Below are positions 33,008 to 50,776 of a stretch of DNA of 64,000 nt, piece after piece. The stretch lies in the NCBI RefSeq assembly GCF_009914755.1, contig NC_060932.1, one strand, 5' to 3'. The first letter of the stretch is position 1; every line of letters starts with the position of its first letter. The notes under the pieces are model-generated. The model saw only the letters and a program-made list of their open reading frames with translations. It had not been told where the DNA came from and did no database searches. The DNA comes from the human T2T-CHM13v2.0 reference genome, Homo sapiens. The translations under genes were made by a program, and so were the position numbers.

Positions 33008-34073
33008 TGAAAGTGAAGCCCTGTGAGACACAGCAAGCAAGGTCAGGGTAGGCAAGACTGCACAGAACCTTGAAAATGCTCAGGGAAAGGAATAACTTTG
33101 CTAACTCTCCAGGTTGTGTTTGATACGTAGTTCTATCTTTAAGACATTTTTACTGTATGCTCTTAGAGTAGTTTGAGAGTCAACCCTTGGAATTAACAAT
33201 TTGTTTTAGTATGTTGTAGGTTTCCCCCAGAATCTCAGAAGCAATCTCCAAATGCCCAGTACATTAATTAGGCTGGGTCTAGATTTGAGCCTTCATTGCT
33301 TTCTGGAACTGATTTCTCTGGGGATGATGGTGTCTGGTTATTACAGTTCTGTTTGTTCCACGTTAGAAGGCTTCCAGAACCCTTGCCCTGTGCACAGCTA
33401 TGGTGACAGGAAGAGCAGAAGCTTATGTCAGAGCCCTTCTGTGCTTTGCAGTTGGTGTTATTTGCCCAACAGGTGGAAGTTTGCCATTTCTTACATTCGG
33501 TTCTCTGGTCTTAATCTTATTCAGGATGCTGGAAAATTATTTTATCTGCTGATGGCTGAGATATTTCTGACTCTGGAATTTATCCTTGAGTATAGTCAGC
33601 TGAGTATGAAAGACTTAGTTTCAGAGAGCACAGTTCTTATCTTAGGTTTCTTGACTGACCTTTATTGTCCTTCTCCTTCACTGTTCTTATCTGAGCAAGG
33701 TCATTTGACACTACAGCCAGTGAAGGGATCCAGAATTTAAAAGTAGGTCCATAGAAGAAGGAGAGGCTGTTGTTGCATACGTTATGGGATTTGTCACAGA
33801 CTTGGTAACTTGCCAAGGGATCACATGGGAGATGACATTTTGAAGGACAGAATTGACTTAGCCAGGCAGATTTTCGGCAAGGGCAAGGACATCCCTTGTG
33901 TTTAGTATTTAGCAGAGGAAAACAGCTGAAAGTTTAATATGGCTGACAGTACAGGCATTGGGGAAAGATAATACTTCTGTTGACAGGAAATGAAAAAAGC
34001 AAAGACATGGGCTGTGGAATAGGCTGAGATGTAAGCAGACTATTTAAATGAAGTTCTTAGGAAAATAAGTTCT

Positions 34074-35070
34074 GAACCCTGATGAATACCAGCATTTAAG
34101 TTATTTGGACAGAGAGAAGTTAACATAAATTGTTAACCAAGTATAAAGTCATTAACTTGCTAAATGAAAGGGTAATAGAGCCTGAAAGTTTCATAGAGAT
34201 CGCAACTCCAGAAAGCAGCTACCACCACCAGGACTGAGGGAACAAAGGGAAAAATAGGAAATTATTAAAACTTGAAGCACCATGGAAGTGAAATGTTATT
34301 TTCACAGCAAAAGGAGTTGCCTCCCCAATAACAAAAGCTCACCAGCCAGGTCTAGTAAATGCCACCCTTTCTTGTATTTATTGCTTTACTTCTTTTGGGA
34401 TGAAAGAAAATTATATTGAATTTTCTTTTTCTTCCCCTTTGTCTTCCTGAAATTCTCAATGTGATGTTGAACATTGAAGGACAAGTAGTTGATTTCTCTC
34501 AAGTGCCTTATTTGAGCTCTTGTCGTTTTTGTAAGGATTTAATAATAATTATGTGATTTAAAAACAAAGTTTCAATAATTATATAGCTTAAAGTTGAACG
34601 AGTAACAGAGCTACAACTTTGAGGTAACAGTCTCATAGGCTTTTATTGTAATAGTTATTGATATTTAGTTTCTTTCATTTGTTTTCCCTAGAGGTTTTGC
34701 TACTTGTTGATGAGTGCTTCAACTTACACATTTATGATGATGTGGGAGTATAGCCACTATCTCCTGTTTCTTCAAGCAATATCTCTATTCCTGCTAGATA
34801 CCTTTTCAGTGGAGCAAAGTGACAAGGTATTATGGCATTTTGAAATGGTGATTTTTAAGAGAATAAATGTATTTATAGCATTGTATCTTAAAACCTCTCT
34901 TTTCTTCATCCATACACTCATATGGGAACCCCGATGCATACAATATTTAAGTTATTTGGACAGAGAGAAGTTAATATAAATTGTTAACCAAGTATAAAGT
35001 CATTAACTTGCTAAACGAAAGGGTGATATGAGCCTGAAAGTTTCATAGAGATCGCAACTGCAGAAAGCAG
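34074..35070 (+). repeat. ~145-bp direct repeat pair (34074-34218 and 34926-35070) flanking exon 8
   Basis: atttaagttatttggacagagagaagttaa(c/t)ataaattgttaaccaagtataaagtcattaacttgctaaa... is present twice. Confidence 0.92.
34692..34826 (+). CDS. DPY19L4: DPY19L4 exon 8 (135 nt, phase 0-0)
   Basis: ttccctag|AGGTTT...GACAAG|gtatta; [23 protein letters not shown]...SVEQSDK. Confidence 0.95.
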
Positions 35071-35575
35071 TTAACTGCTAGGGAAAAAGATGAAATTATT
35101 AAAATGTAGAAATGTAGAACAGGGACCTCACAGAGCTGATACTCAGACTTTTGAGCTCAGAAATATCAGCTTTGCTCAAAAGTAGGGCCCTTCAGAAATG
35201 AGACCCAGGCGTCTGAGGATGTGGCTATGGCTGGCTGCTCTTGGGTTTCTTGAGCTGGAAGATGTGATGAAGCTGGTTCTTGAAGTGTTGGAAAAACTGC
35301 AGCTGCATCCGGTGCTTCCATAGGAAGTAATTGCTCTGTTGGGGTGAAGAAGCATCCTTGAGGTGAGATCACAGGACCCTCAAGCCATCAGGAAGCAAGA
35401 GGAAGGAGCCAGGCTTGCACTTTCCCTCTACCATTTCCTACTGGCAGAGCTTCATAGGGAACCAACAGGAAAAGCAGAAATGTAGATTGCAGAGTCCCAG
35501 GCCCAGCATTGCCAGGCAAAGGATAGAAAAGGGAGTTTGGAGCTAAGAGAGTTATTTGGTAACTGGCACGCATCT
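35060..35575 (-). mobile_element. Old ERVL-class LTR fragment (subfamily uncertain)
   Basis: gaaattattaaaa...cacagagctgatactcagac...actggcagagc...gcagaaatgtagattgcagagtcccag. Confidence 0.45.
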
Positions 35576-35925
35576 GTAGAACCAGAGCCCAAATCAAAAA
35601 TAGAACGTAAGCCAGGTGTGGTGGCACATGCCTGTAGTCCCAGCTACTCAGGAGGCCAAGGCAGGAGGATTGTTTGAGCCCAGGAATTCAAGTCCAGCCT
35701 GGGCAACATAGTGAGACCCTATCCCTACAAAAAATTTTTAAAAATTAACTGGGTGGGGTGGGGGCTGAGGCGGGAGGATCACTTGACCAGCCTGAGCAAC
35801 ATGGTAAGATCCCACCTCTAAAAAATTAAAAAAGGGAATAGATCATTACCAGCACCCAGAAGACTCCATCTTGCTCTCTCTCCCAGTCATTACTTCAACC
35901 CCCAACAGGGTAGCTACTGTTCTGA

Positions 35926-36175
<250 letters not shown>

Positions 36176-36287
36176 TGATCTGCCCGCCTCAGCCTCCCAA
36201 AGCTTTGGAATTACAGGTGTGAGCCACCGCACCTGGCCAAGGTATCTTTTTTTTTTTTTTTTTTTTTTAAATGGCTCTGGCTATTGA

Positions 36288-36636
<349 letters not shown>

Positions 36637-37422
36637 TGAGTAGCTGGGATTACAGGCATGCCCCACCACACCGGGCTCATTTTTTTTTTTTATTTTTAGT
36701 AGAGAATGAGTTTCATCATGTTGGCCAGGTTGGTCTTGAACTCCTGGCCTCAAGTGATCCGCTCTCTTTGGCCTCCCACAGTGCAGGGGGATTACAGGCG
36801 TGAGCCACTGCGCCCAGCCCCAGGTGATTTTTCTGTTTTTCACAGAGATGGGGTTTTGCCATGTTGCCCAGGCCAGGCTGGTCTAAAACTCCTGGGCTCA
36901 AGCCATCCTCCCGCCTCTGCCTCCCAGCGTGCTGGGATTATAGATGTGAGCCACCGAGTCTGGCCTGTTTTTTAGCATATAACTATTTTCTGGGAGATCT
37001 TCTAATAAAACATTGCATTTAACTTTGTTATGCTCACTAGTTGGACCAAAAACAATACTTTACTCTGATGGTGCATTTCATGGCAGTATATTTTCACTGG
37101 GTAGGTTTTGGGGGCTACTGCTAAAAATTATGATTTTTGATTTATGTAATTTGAGGTTGCATAGATGAATTTTAATAACAGGGCAAACTAAGTGAAATTA
37201 AGAAGGTTCTTCCAGTCTGATTTAGACACTGATGCTTTTAAAGCTCTTTATTTTGTTTCCAGAGAGTTTTAAGAAAACAGTGATAAGGGCCGGGTGTGTG
37301 GCTCACGCCTGTAATCCCAGCACTTTGGGAGGCTGAGGCGGGCAGATCACAAGGTGAGGAGATCGAGACCATCCTGACTAACACGGTGAAATCCCGTCTC
37401 TACTAAAAATACAAAAAAATTA

Positions 37423-37599
<177 letters not shown>

Positions 37600-37615
37600 T
37601 TAATTACACACTATT

Positions 37616-37673
37616 TTATACATATATATTATATATATATGTATGTATGTATGTATGCGTGTGTGTGTGTGTC

Positions 37674-37725
<52 letters not shown>

Positions 37726-37732
37726 TTTTTTT
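37616..37732. repeat. Compound (TA)n/(TATG)n/(TG)n/(TA)n microsatellite merging into an Alu poly-T
   Basis: Directly visible simple repeats. Confidence 0.9.
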
Positions 37733-38172
37733 GTCCTGAGACAGAGTCTTGTGCTGTTGCCCAGGCTGGAGTGCAGTGGTGCGATTTTGGCTCACCGCAA
37801 CCTCCACCTACTGAGTTAAGCGATTCTCATGCCTCAGCCTCCCGAGTGGCTGGGATTACAGGTTCCTGCCACCATGCCCAGCTAATTTTTTTTGTTTTTA
37901 ATAGAGATGGGTTTCACCATGTTGGCCAGGCTTGTCTCGAACCCCTGACCTCAATGATCCACCCACTTTGGCCACTGAAAGTGCTGGGATTTCAGATGTG
38001 AGCCACCATGCCCGGCCAACATTAAAAATATTGATTAAACATTTGCATAATACTTTCCTAAATTATAGTAGAGCATTAACTGTATAATTATAGTTAAATC
38101 TATATAAAACAAATGAAAATATGTATGATAAAATATAACTTATTCTCACTTATTTTATTTTTGTCACAACAG

Positions 38173-38304
38173 GTTTATGAAGTTTATAAAATCTACATAT
38201 TTTCCCTCTTTCTGGGATATTTACTACAGTTTGAGAATCCAGCTTTGTTGGTATCTCCTTTATTAAGTTTAGTAGCAGCCTTAATGCTTGCTAAGTGCCT
38301 TCAG
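38173..38304 (+). CDS. DPY19L4: DPY19L4 exon 9 (132 nt)
   Basis: caacag|GTTTAT...CTTCAG|gtaact; [26 protein letters not shown]...AKCLQ. Confidence 0.95.
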
Positions 38305-38308
38305 GTAA

Positions 38309-38632
<324 letters not shown>

Positions 38633-38700
38633 TGATTACTTTTTAAATTGTTAATTTTTTAACACCTCACTTCTTTGTTCATATGATTTTTCCTCCACAG

Positions 38701-38799
38701 CTGAATGTGAAGAAAGGAAGTTTTGTAGCTAAAATAATAAAAGTGATTAATTTTTACTTGGTGTGTACTCTGACAATAACATTGAATATTATAATGAAG
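38701..38799 (+). CDS. DPY19L4: DPY19L4 exon 10 (99 nt)
   Basis: ccacag|CTGAAT...ATGAAG|gtaagt; [33 protein letters not shown]. Confidence 0.95.
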
Positions 38800-39144
38800 G
38801 TAAGTAACTCTCTGGGATTCATATAGTAAAACAAAATGAATAATGAAATATATTGGACTACATTTTAATGAGAATAATGAGATAGCACGTAATAGAGTTT
38901 GAACAGTATAATTTTGAGTTAAACAACAATCATAACTAGCATACTGGGTAAGAAAGTAGGATTCTGATTCTTTTCTGTATGTAGTTGAAAAAGGGAATGC
39001 ATATTTTTCATTAAGTTAAAAATGTCATCATTACCCAGTTAACATTAAGCAATATATGGAATAAAGTGAGACAAATGAAAAGTGTTTAGAAGAGTGGGTG
39101 AGTTACTTGAGCCTGGTGGGATAAGGTTGAAATGTTGTTGATCA

Positions 39145-39488
<344 letters not shown>

Positions 39489-39601
39489 TCATATTTTTGT
39501 TTTGTAGTCTTGTTGTGTTTTCTGTCTCTAGTATTGGGGAAAGCATATGTTTGTAAGCATAGCTAATATTTCTTTGTTTAACTGGTGTTTTTCTCTTCTA
39601 G

Positions 39602-39675
39602 ATGTTTGTCCCACACAAAGAAAATGGGCACATGCTGAAATTCCTTGAAGTAAAATTTGGACTAAATATGACCAA
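39602..39675 (+). CDS. DPY19L4: DPY19L4 exon 11 (74 nt)
   Basis: cttctag|ATGTTT...ACCAA|gtaagt; MFVPHKENGHMLKFLEVKFGLNMT(K). Confidence 0.95.
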
Positions 39676-40235
39676 GTAAGTTTTAGATTATGTAAGTTTA
39701 CCTAAATCGATACCACTTAGAAAATAAAGATAAAAAATACTCGATGGCCGGGCATAGTGGCTCACATCTGTAATCCCAGCACTTTAGGAGGCCGAGGTGG
39801 GTGGATTGTGACCACTTGAGTCCAGGAGTTTGAGACCAGTCTGGGCAACATGGCAAAACCCCATCTCTAAAAAAAAGACAACCAAACAAACAAACAAAAA
39901 ACAAAAAAAATTAGCTGGGTGTGGTGGTGCATGCCTGTGGTTCCAGCTATTCAGGAAGCTGAGGTGGGAGGACCACCTGAGCCTGGGAGGTGGAGGTCAT
40001 AGTGAGCCAAGATCACGCCAGTGCACCCCAGCCTGGGCAACGGTGAGACCCTGTCTAAAAAAAAAAAAAAAAAAATACCACTTAGAATGTATTTGCCATA
40101 TTGTTAAATTTTAACATTTTGTTCTAAACCCAGTGATTTGAAGTAGACATTCTCAGTCCATCACTGAGCATTCCTGAACATCACTCCATCTCTAACATCT
40201 TTTCCCACGGCTAGGGATTGAGGATTGGAGTTTAG

Positions 40236-40488
<253 letters not shown>

Positions 40489-40741
40489 TAGTCAGGATGG
40501 CCTCGATCTCCTGACTCGTGATCTGCCCGCCTCGGCCTCCCAAAGTGCTGGGATTACAGGCGTGAGCCACCTTGCCTGGCTCAACGAGGAGTCTTGTTGA
40601 TCATACTTAGAGTTGAAAAATGTTTATCCTGATTCATACTGCTCAAAAGGTTTACATTTCAGATTTTATGATTTATCTTAATAAGTAGGTATCTCTTTTT
40701 AAAATGGGTCCTAGTTGAATTACATTTGTCAATATACAGTA

Positions 40742-41046
40742 GGTCTATCCAATAATAATATGTGAACCACTTATGTAATTGTAATTTTCTAGTAGCTGTA
40801 TTTTAAAAAATACAAAGAAACAAGTGAAATTAATTTTAATATATTTTCTCTAATATATAAAAATAATTTGTAAACAATGTAAAAATTATTAAGGAGATAT
40901 TTTGTTTTTCAAATCATTATTTCGCTCTTTTTTTCTTTGAAATCCTGGGTGTATTTTGTACTTAAAGTATGTCTCAATTTGAATTGGCCACATTTCAGCT
41001 GTTTAAAAACTGCATGTCTCTAGTAGCTACCATATTCAACAATGCA
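40742..41046. mobile_element. MER33-like DNA transposon relic
   Basis: atgtgaaccacttatgtaatt...ttttctagtagc...gccacatttcagctgttt...tagctaccatatt. Confidence 0.65.
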
Positions 41047-41384
41047 TTTGTAGAGGTTAGCCGGCCGAATTGTTTGTTGTCTTCTAGATAAAGATAGAAA
41101 CCAAAATTCCCTAAAAGCTATATTGGGCTTTAGAGATGGTCACGTTACTTGGTAATAAAAAGCAGCAGTTTTACATTTATTAGAGCAGTTTTGGTGAGAG
41201 CACATGCTTTGTTTACTAATATGATACTATTATCTTCATTTATAAAGGATAGTACCTTGCTAATATAAGTAAACGGGTTTAGGAAATGTGTTTTTTCTTA
41301 GTTTTTGCTGATATTAAAAAAAATACTTCTGTGTTCAGTTTAAAACGTCTATGAATTTAATATCATACTTTTTGTCTTCTATAG

Positions 41385-41543
41385 GAATTTTACAATGAAT
41401 TGGCTCCTCTGTCAAGAATCCCTGCAGGCACCATCTCAAGATTTTTTTCTGCGATTGACACAGTCTTCTTTATTACCTTTCTACATTCTAGTGTTAATTA
41501 TTTGTTTTCTTTCTATGTTGCAAGTTATTTTTAGGAGGATTAA
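41385..41543 (+). CDS. DPY19L4: DPY19L4 exon 12 (159 nt)
   Basis: ctatag|GAATTTT...ATTAA|gtaagt; [33 protein letters not shown]...FRRI(N). Confidence 0.95.
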
Positions 41544-41860
41544 GTAAGTACCTATGAGAATCAATCATATTACTAACATAAATTATGGAAATATATAAAA
41601 TACTTATTTTTAATATTCTTCCAAGATTTCTGTATTTGTTTTAGAGCTTCTATTTCCATTCTCTTTTCATTGACATGGAAAATATCATTATAAGATGTGT
41701 TGGCCAGGTGCGGTGGCTCATGCCTATAATCCCAGCACTTTGGGAGGCCGAAGCGGGCAGATCGCAAGGTTGGGAGTTTGAGACCAGCCGGTCCAATATG
41801 GTGAAACCCCATCTCTACTAAAAGTACATAAATTAGCTGGGCGTGATGGGTGCCCATCTA

Positions 41861-41998
<138 letters not shown>

Positions 41999-42024
41999 CT
42001 AAAAAAAAAAAAAAGTTGTATTGA

Positions 42025-42288
<264 letters not shown>

Positions 42289-42839
42289 TGATCCACCCGT
42301 CTTGGCCTCCCAAAGTGCTGGGATTACAGGTGTGAGCCACCATGCTCAGCCCTAAACTTAGTTTTATATATCTAAATAGGTAATGTCCAGATTTAATATA
42401 GTTAGAGACTTAATATATAACTGATATTTAAATAATCAGTTAAACTTTTACAGACTGATTCACTAATTTATACAAATTTTTACTTAACGTAAGAATAATT
42501 TCTTCTATTTAACTTAAATGAAGTTAGCAGTATAAGTAATTTTAAATTATAAAGTTTGAGGCCAGGTGCAGTGGCTTATGCCTGTAATTCCAACAATTTG
42601 AGAGGCTGACGCAGGAGGATTGCTTGAGGCCAGGAGCTGAACACCAGCCTGGGCAACATAGTGAGACCCCCGTCTCTTAAAGAAAAAGAAAAAAAAAAGC
42701 TATAAAGTTTGACTAACCTTTGATGTTTTTATCATGTTTGAAACGTGGTTGTATATAATTTCTTCATTTTAAGAATTTAGTTATTCAAATTATCATTTAA
42801 CTATATTAATTTAGCAATTGCTAATTGATTCATAATTGA

Positions 42840-43171
<332 letters not shown>

Positions 43172-43441
43172 TAACCCTTTTTTATTTTGCTGAAAATTCA
43201 TGTTTAGTCTTCATAGAGTTTGTTGTCTTCAGGTTCTAAAAGCCATTCGCAGAAACTTAGAGACATATGTTAGGTATTTAACTAGCAGAATATACTTTCA
43301 AATTTTAAAAGATCACCTATATTTTTTGTTATGACGAAATATAAAATTTTAGGTATGTCCTTCAAAGATGATAAACAATGTATCTTTGGTTTTTTACAAA
43401 TACATTTTCAAAGTATTAAAAAATACATTTTCTTTTTGTAG

Positions 43442-43561
43442 TGGTAAGTCCCTGAAGGAAACTGTTACTCTTGAAGATGGACGAATTGGAGAAAGACCAG
43501 AAATAATTTATCATGTAATTCACACTATTTTATTGGGTTCTCTTGCAATGGTTATAGAAGG
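43442..43561 (+). CDS. DPY19L4: DPY19L4 exon 13 (120 nt)
   Basis: ttgtag|TGGTAAG...GAAGG|gtaagt; [39 protein letters not shown](G). Confidence 0.95.
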
Positions 43562-43752
43562 GTAAGTGTACTTTATTTGATCCCTTTGTTTTAACAAAGA
43601 TTGTTGGCTGAGTGCGGTGACTCACACCTGTAATCCCAGCACTTTGGGAGGCCAAGGCGGGTGGCTCACCTGAGTTCAGGAGTTTGAGACAGTGTGACTC
43701 TGTCAACACTCAACATGGTGAGACTCCGTCTCTACTAAAAATACAAAAATTA

Positions 43753-44231
<479 letters not shown>

Positions 44232-44344
44232 TAGATACATCCAAGAATGCATTCATAAAACTTCATAAAAACTCAAAACCTATAAACTTTCTTAATTTAT
44301 CTGGAGTTTACAAAGGTGTTTATATTATAATGAACTGACATTTA

Positions 44345-44820
44345 CTTATTCATTCATTTGTTAAAAAACTATTGAACATATTCCAAGTTCTAGGCATTGT
44401 GCTAGGTGCTAAAGGTACCTCAATAAGCAATAGTGGAACAGACAGTCTCTAACCTTATTTAACTTATGGCCTAATGGAGGTGACAGATGTCAATCATACA
44501 AAAATAAAATTACAACTTTGGTAAGTGAAGGAGATGTACATGGTGCTATAAGAACATATAAAACAGAATTTGACTTAAAGAGATCAGAAAAGTTCTCTAA
44601 GGAAAAAGTGCCTGAGACCTGAAGGGTGAGTAGGAGTGGACTAGGTGAACCAAAGAGGCAAGAGTACTGCAGGTAGAGGGAATGGCATATGCCCAGGCCT
44701 GGGCAGGAAGGATCATGGCACATTGTTGGCGGGAGGAAAAGGAGTTCAGTCTGGCTGAAACACAGGGAGCATGTGGCAGGCTTTGTTGAGGACTTTGGAG
44801 TTTTCCCTTTTATCCTTTCC
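44345..44820 (-). mobile_element. L2 fragment
   Basis: ttcattcatttg...ctaggcattgtgctaggtgct...gagacctgaagggtgagtaggagt. Confidence 0.6.
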
Positions 44821-45254
44821 TTACCTTATTTCTTTTATTGTCTTTCAATGGCAAATGACATTTACAAAATATATATATAGGGCCCCATTTAATGTTCAAT
44901 AAGGTAGAATTTTTATATTTCACTTGCTTGATCATTTTAGTGTTCTGTATACCTTAAATTTGTTAAGGCAAAATAGGTATTCACATGTTAATATTTAGAT
45001 AAGTTATGTAATAATTTTTTAGGGAGTTTGAATCCTTGAAACATATCTTGCACTATTTATTTTTAAGTCTTTAGTTTTTAAACTTCCCTTGTTCCTGCTT
45101 CTATAGAAAATCATGCCATCTTGTTAATAAACTTTATTAAAATGTATTCATTCTGCACAAGTTTTTAGTTTTTTCATACTCTTTTAGCAATAGTGGGAGA
45201 TATAGCTATATACATGATAGGATCCCCCTTCCTCAGAAGCACACAGTCTAGGAA

Positions 45255-46299
<1,045 letters not shown>

Positions 46300-46805
46300 T
46301 TAATAGAGGAAAGAAGAAAATGTTACCATCTTTAGAAGTTTGGAGCTTTAAATTCTTCAATTAGGTTACTTGTGTACAAACTAAATGTTTAATAGAATTG
46401 AAGATTATTATATTTAAGTTTTTGGTTTTTGTTTTTGTTTTTTGAAACAGAGTCTTTGTCGCCCAGGCTGGAGTGTAGTGGCGTGATCTTGGCTCACTGC
46501 AACCTCTGCCTCCCAGTTCAAGCGATTCTCCTGCCTCAGCCTCCCAAGTAGCTGGGATTACAGGCATGCGCCACCACGCCCGGCTGATTTTGTATTTTGA
46601 GTAGAGATGGGGTTTCTTCATGTTGGTCAGGCTGGTCTTGAACTCTTGACCTCAGGTGATCCGCCTGACTCAGCCTCCCAAAGTGCTAGGATTACAGGCA
46701 TGAGCCACTGTGCCTGGCCTTGTTTTTGTGTTTTTGAGAGACAGGCTGGGTGTGGCGGCTTACGCCTATAATCCCAGCAATTTGGGAGACGGAGGCAGAT
46801 GATCA

Positions 46806-47027
<222 letters not shown>

Positions 47028-47031
47028 TTAA

Positions 47032-48045
<1,014 letters not shown>

Positions 48046-48047
48046 TA

Positions 48048-48471
<424 letters not shown>

Positions 48472-48993
48472 TAAAAACTAAAAAAAGAAATTCTTTTGTA
48501 GAGACAGGGTCTAATTGTGTTGCCCAGGCTAGTCGTGAACATCTGGCTTCAAATGATCCTACTGTCTTGGCCTCCCAAAGTGTTGGGATGACAGGCATGT
48601 GCCACTGTACCCAGGGATATTTCTTCATTTTCTCCATTCCATGGCTTTGCTGTTTTATAAAACCACAGAGGTTAACATTTATACTCTAGGCCCAGATTCT
48701 TCCAGTCTCTTCCGAGTTTGACACCAGGGAATATATCATAGAAGGGTCTGGTTGTTCTCCTTAGTATTTATTACAAAAGTTATCCCTTGAAATGTTATTT
48801 TTTTTCTTGATAATCTATACTAAGCACTGATATCTATTAATTTTTCTAAACTTTTCCTCTTCCATTTTTAGCAGTTAGCATCTCCTACGGAGATGGGCTC
48901 CTTTTGTTTTCTTTAAAATCTACAACATAATGTATTTTCTTCTAATGATACAAGTTAATTTTTTCTGTACACCTGGATTTTTAATCTTTTTAA

Positions 48994-49260
<267 letters not shown>

Positions 49261-50048
49261 TGATCCACTGCCTCGGCCTCTTAATTTGCTGGGATTACAG
49301 GCGAGAGCCACCGCACATGGCCAGATTTTTGTATTTTTAGTAGAGACGAGGTTTCACCATGTTGGCCAGGATGGTCTCAAACTGCTGACCTCAAGTGATC
49401 TGCCCATCTCAGCCTCCCAAAGTCCTGAGATTACAGGTGTGAGCCACTGCACCCAGCCCCAGGTGTTATTTTTGCTTGGGCCATATATCTACATTAAAAA
49501 AAAAAAAGCAAAAATTAGGTTAACATTGCACATGAAGTTTTGCATTTTGCTTTTTATAATAATTTATTTAATCAATACCTATTGAAGAACAGAAGTTTTT
49601 TTTGTTGTTGTTGTTGTTTTTCCAATTTTCTTGCTAGTAAAACAAAATGCTATAGTTAAAACTCTTGTGTGTGGCCAGGTGCGGTGGCTCATGCCTGTAA
49701 TCTCAGCACTTTGGGAGGCCAAGGCGGGTGGATCACTTGAGGTCAGGAATTTGAGACCAGCCTGGCCAACACGGTGAAACCTGGTCTCTACTAAAAATGC
49801 AGAAATTAGCTGGGCGTGGTGGCATGTGCCTGTAATTCCAGCTACTTGGGAGGCTGAGGCAGGAGAATCACTTGAACCCAGAAGGCGGGGGTTGCAGTGA
49901 GCCAAGATCACAACCACTGTACTCTAGCCTGGGCGACAGTGAGACTCCGCTTCAAAAAAAAAAAAAAAACCCTTGTATGTCTATCTTTATACTCTTATGC
50001 TAATATATTTTTAGGCTACATTACTAGAAATGGCATTGTCTATCTTAG

Positions 50049-50435
<387 letters not shown>

Positions 50436-50655
50436 TAATGCTTTTATTTTATCCTAATTTGCTAGCCCACATGTCTGCTTGATTTTTAAAAAACTGGATA
50501 ACAATCTGTTGCTGAAAATTAGAGTCTAAGCTTTTTCACTGTCCCTTAGCATTTTGGTATTTTCGTGAGTAGTAGGAAAGAGCTCAGAGAACAAAAATTA
50601 GATAATAATGATGTTCACAGGATGTCTCATGTATGACTCCATTTGTGTTTTCTAG

Positions 50656-50776
50656 CTTGAAGTACATCTGGATTCCTTATGTGTGCATGTTAGCAGCATT
50701 TGGTGTATGTTCTCCCGAACTTTGGATGACACTTTTCAAGTGGCTTCGATTAAGAACTGTACACCCAATATTGTTG
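50656..50776 (+). CDS. DPY19L4: DPY19L4 exon 14 (121 nt)
   Basis: ttctag|CTTGAAG...TTGTTG|gtgagt; [23 protein letters not shown]...VHPILL. Confidence 0.95.

Noticed and set aside
33252-33740. 162-aa non-Alu intronic ORF
   Set aside because: No recognisable homology, no poly-A or TSD indicating a retrocopy, and no fit to the DPY19L4 frame; treated as chance, though a translated search was not possible.
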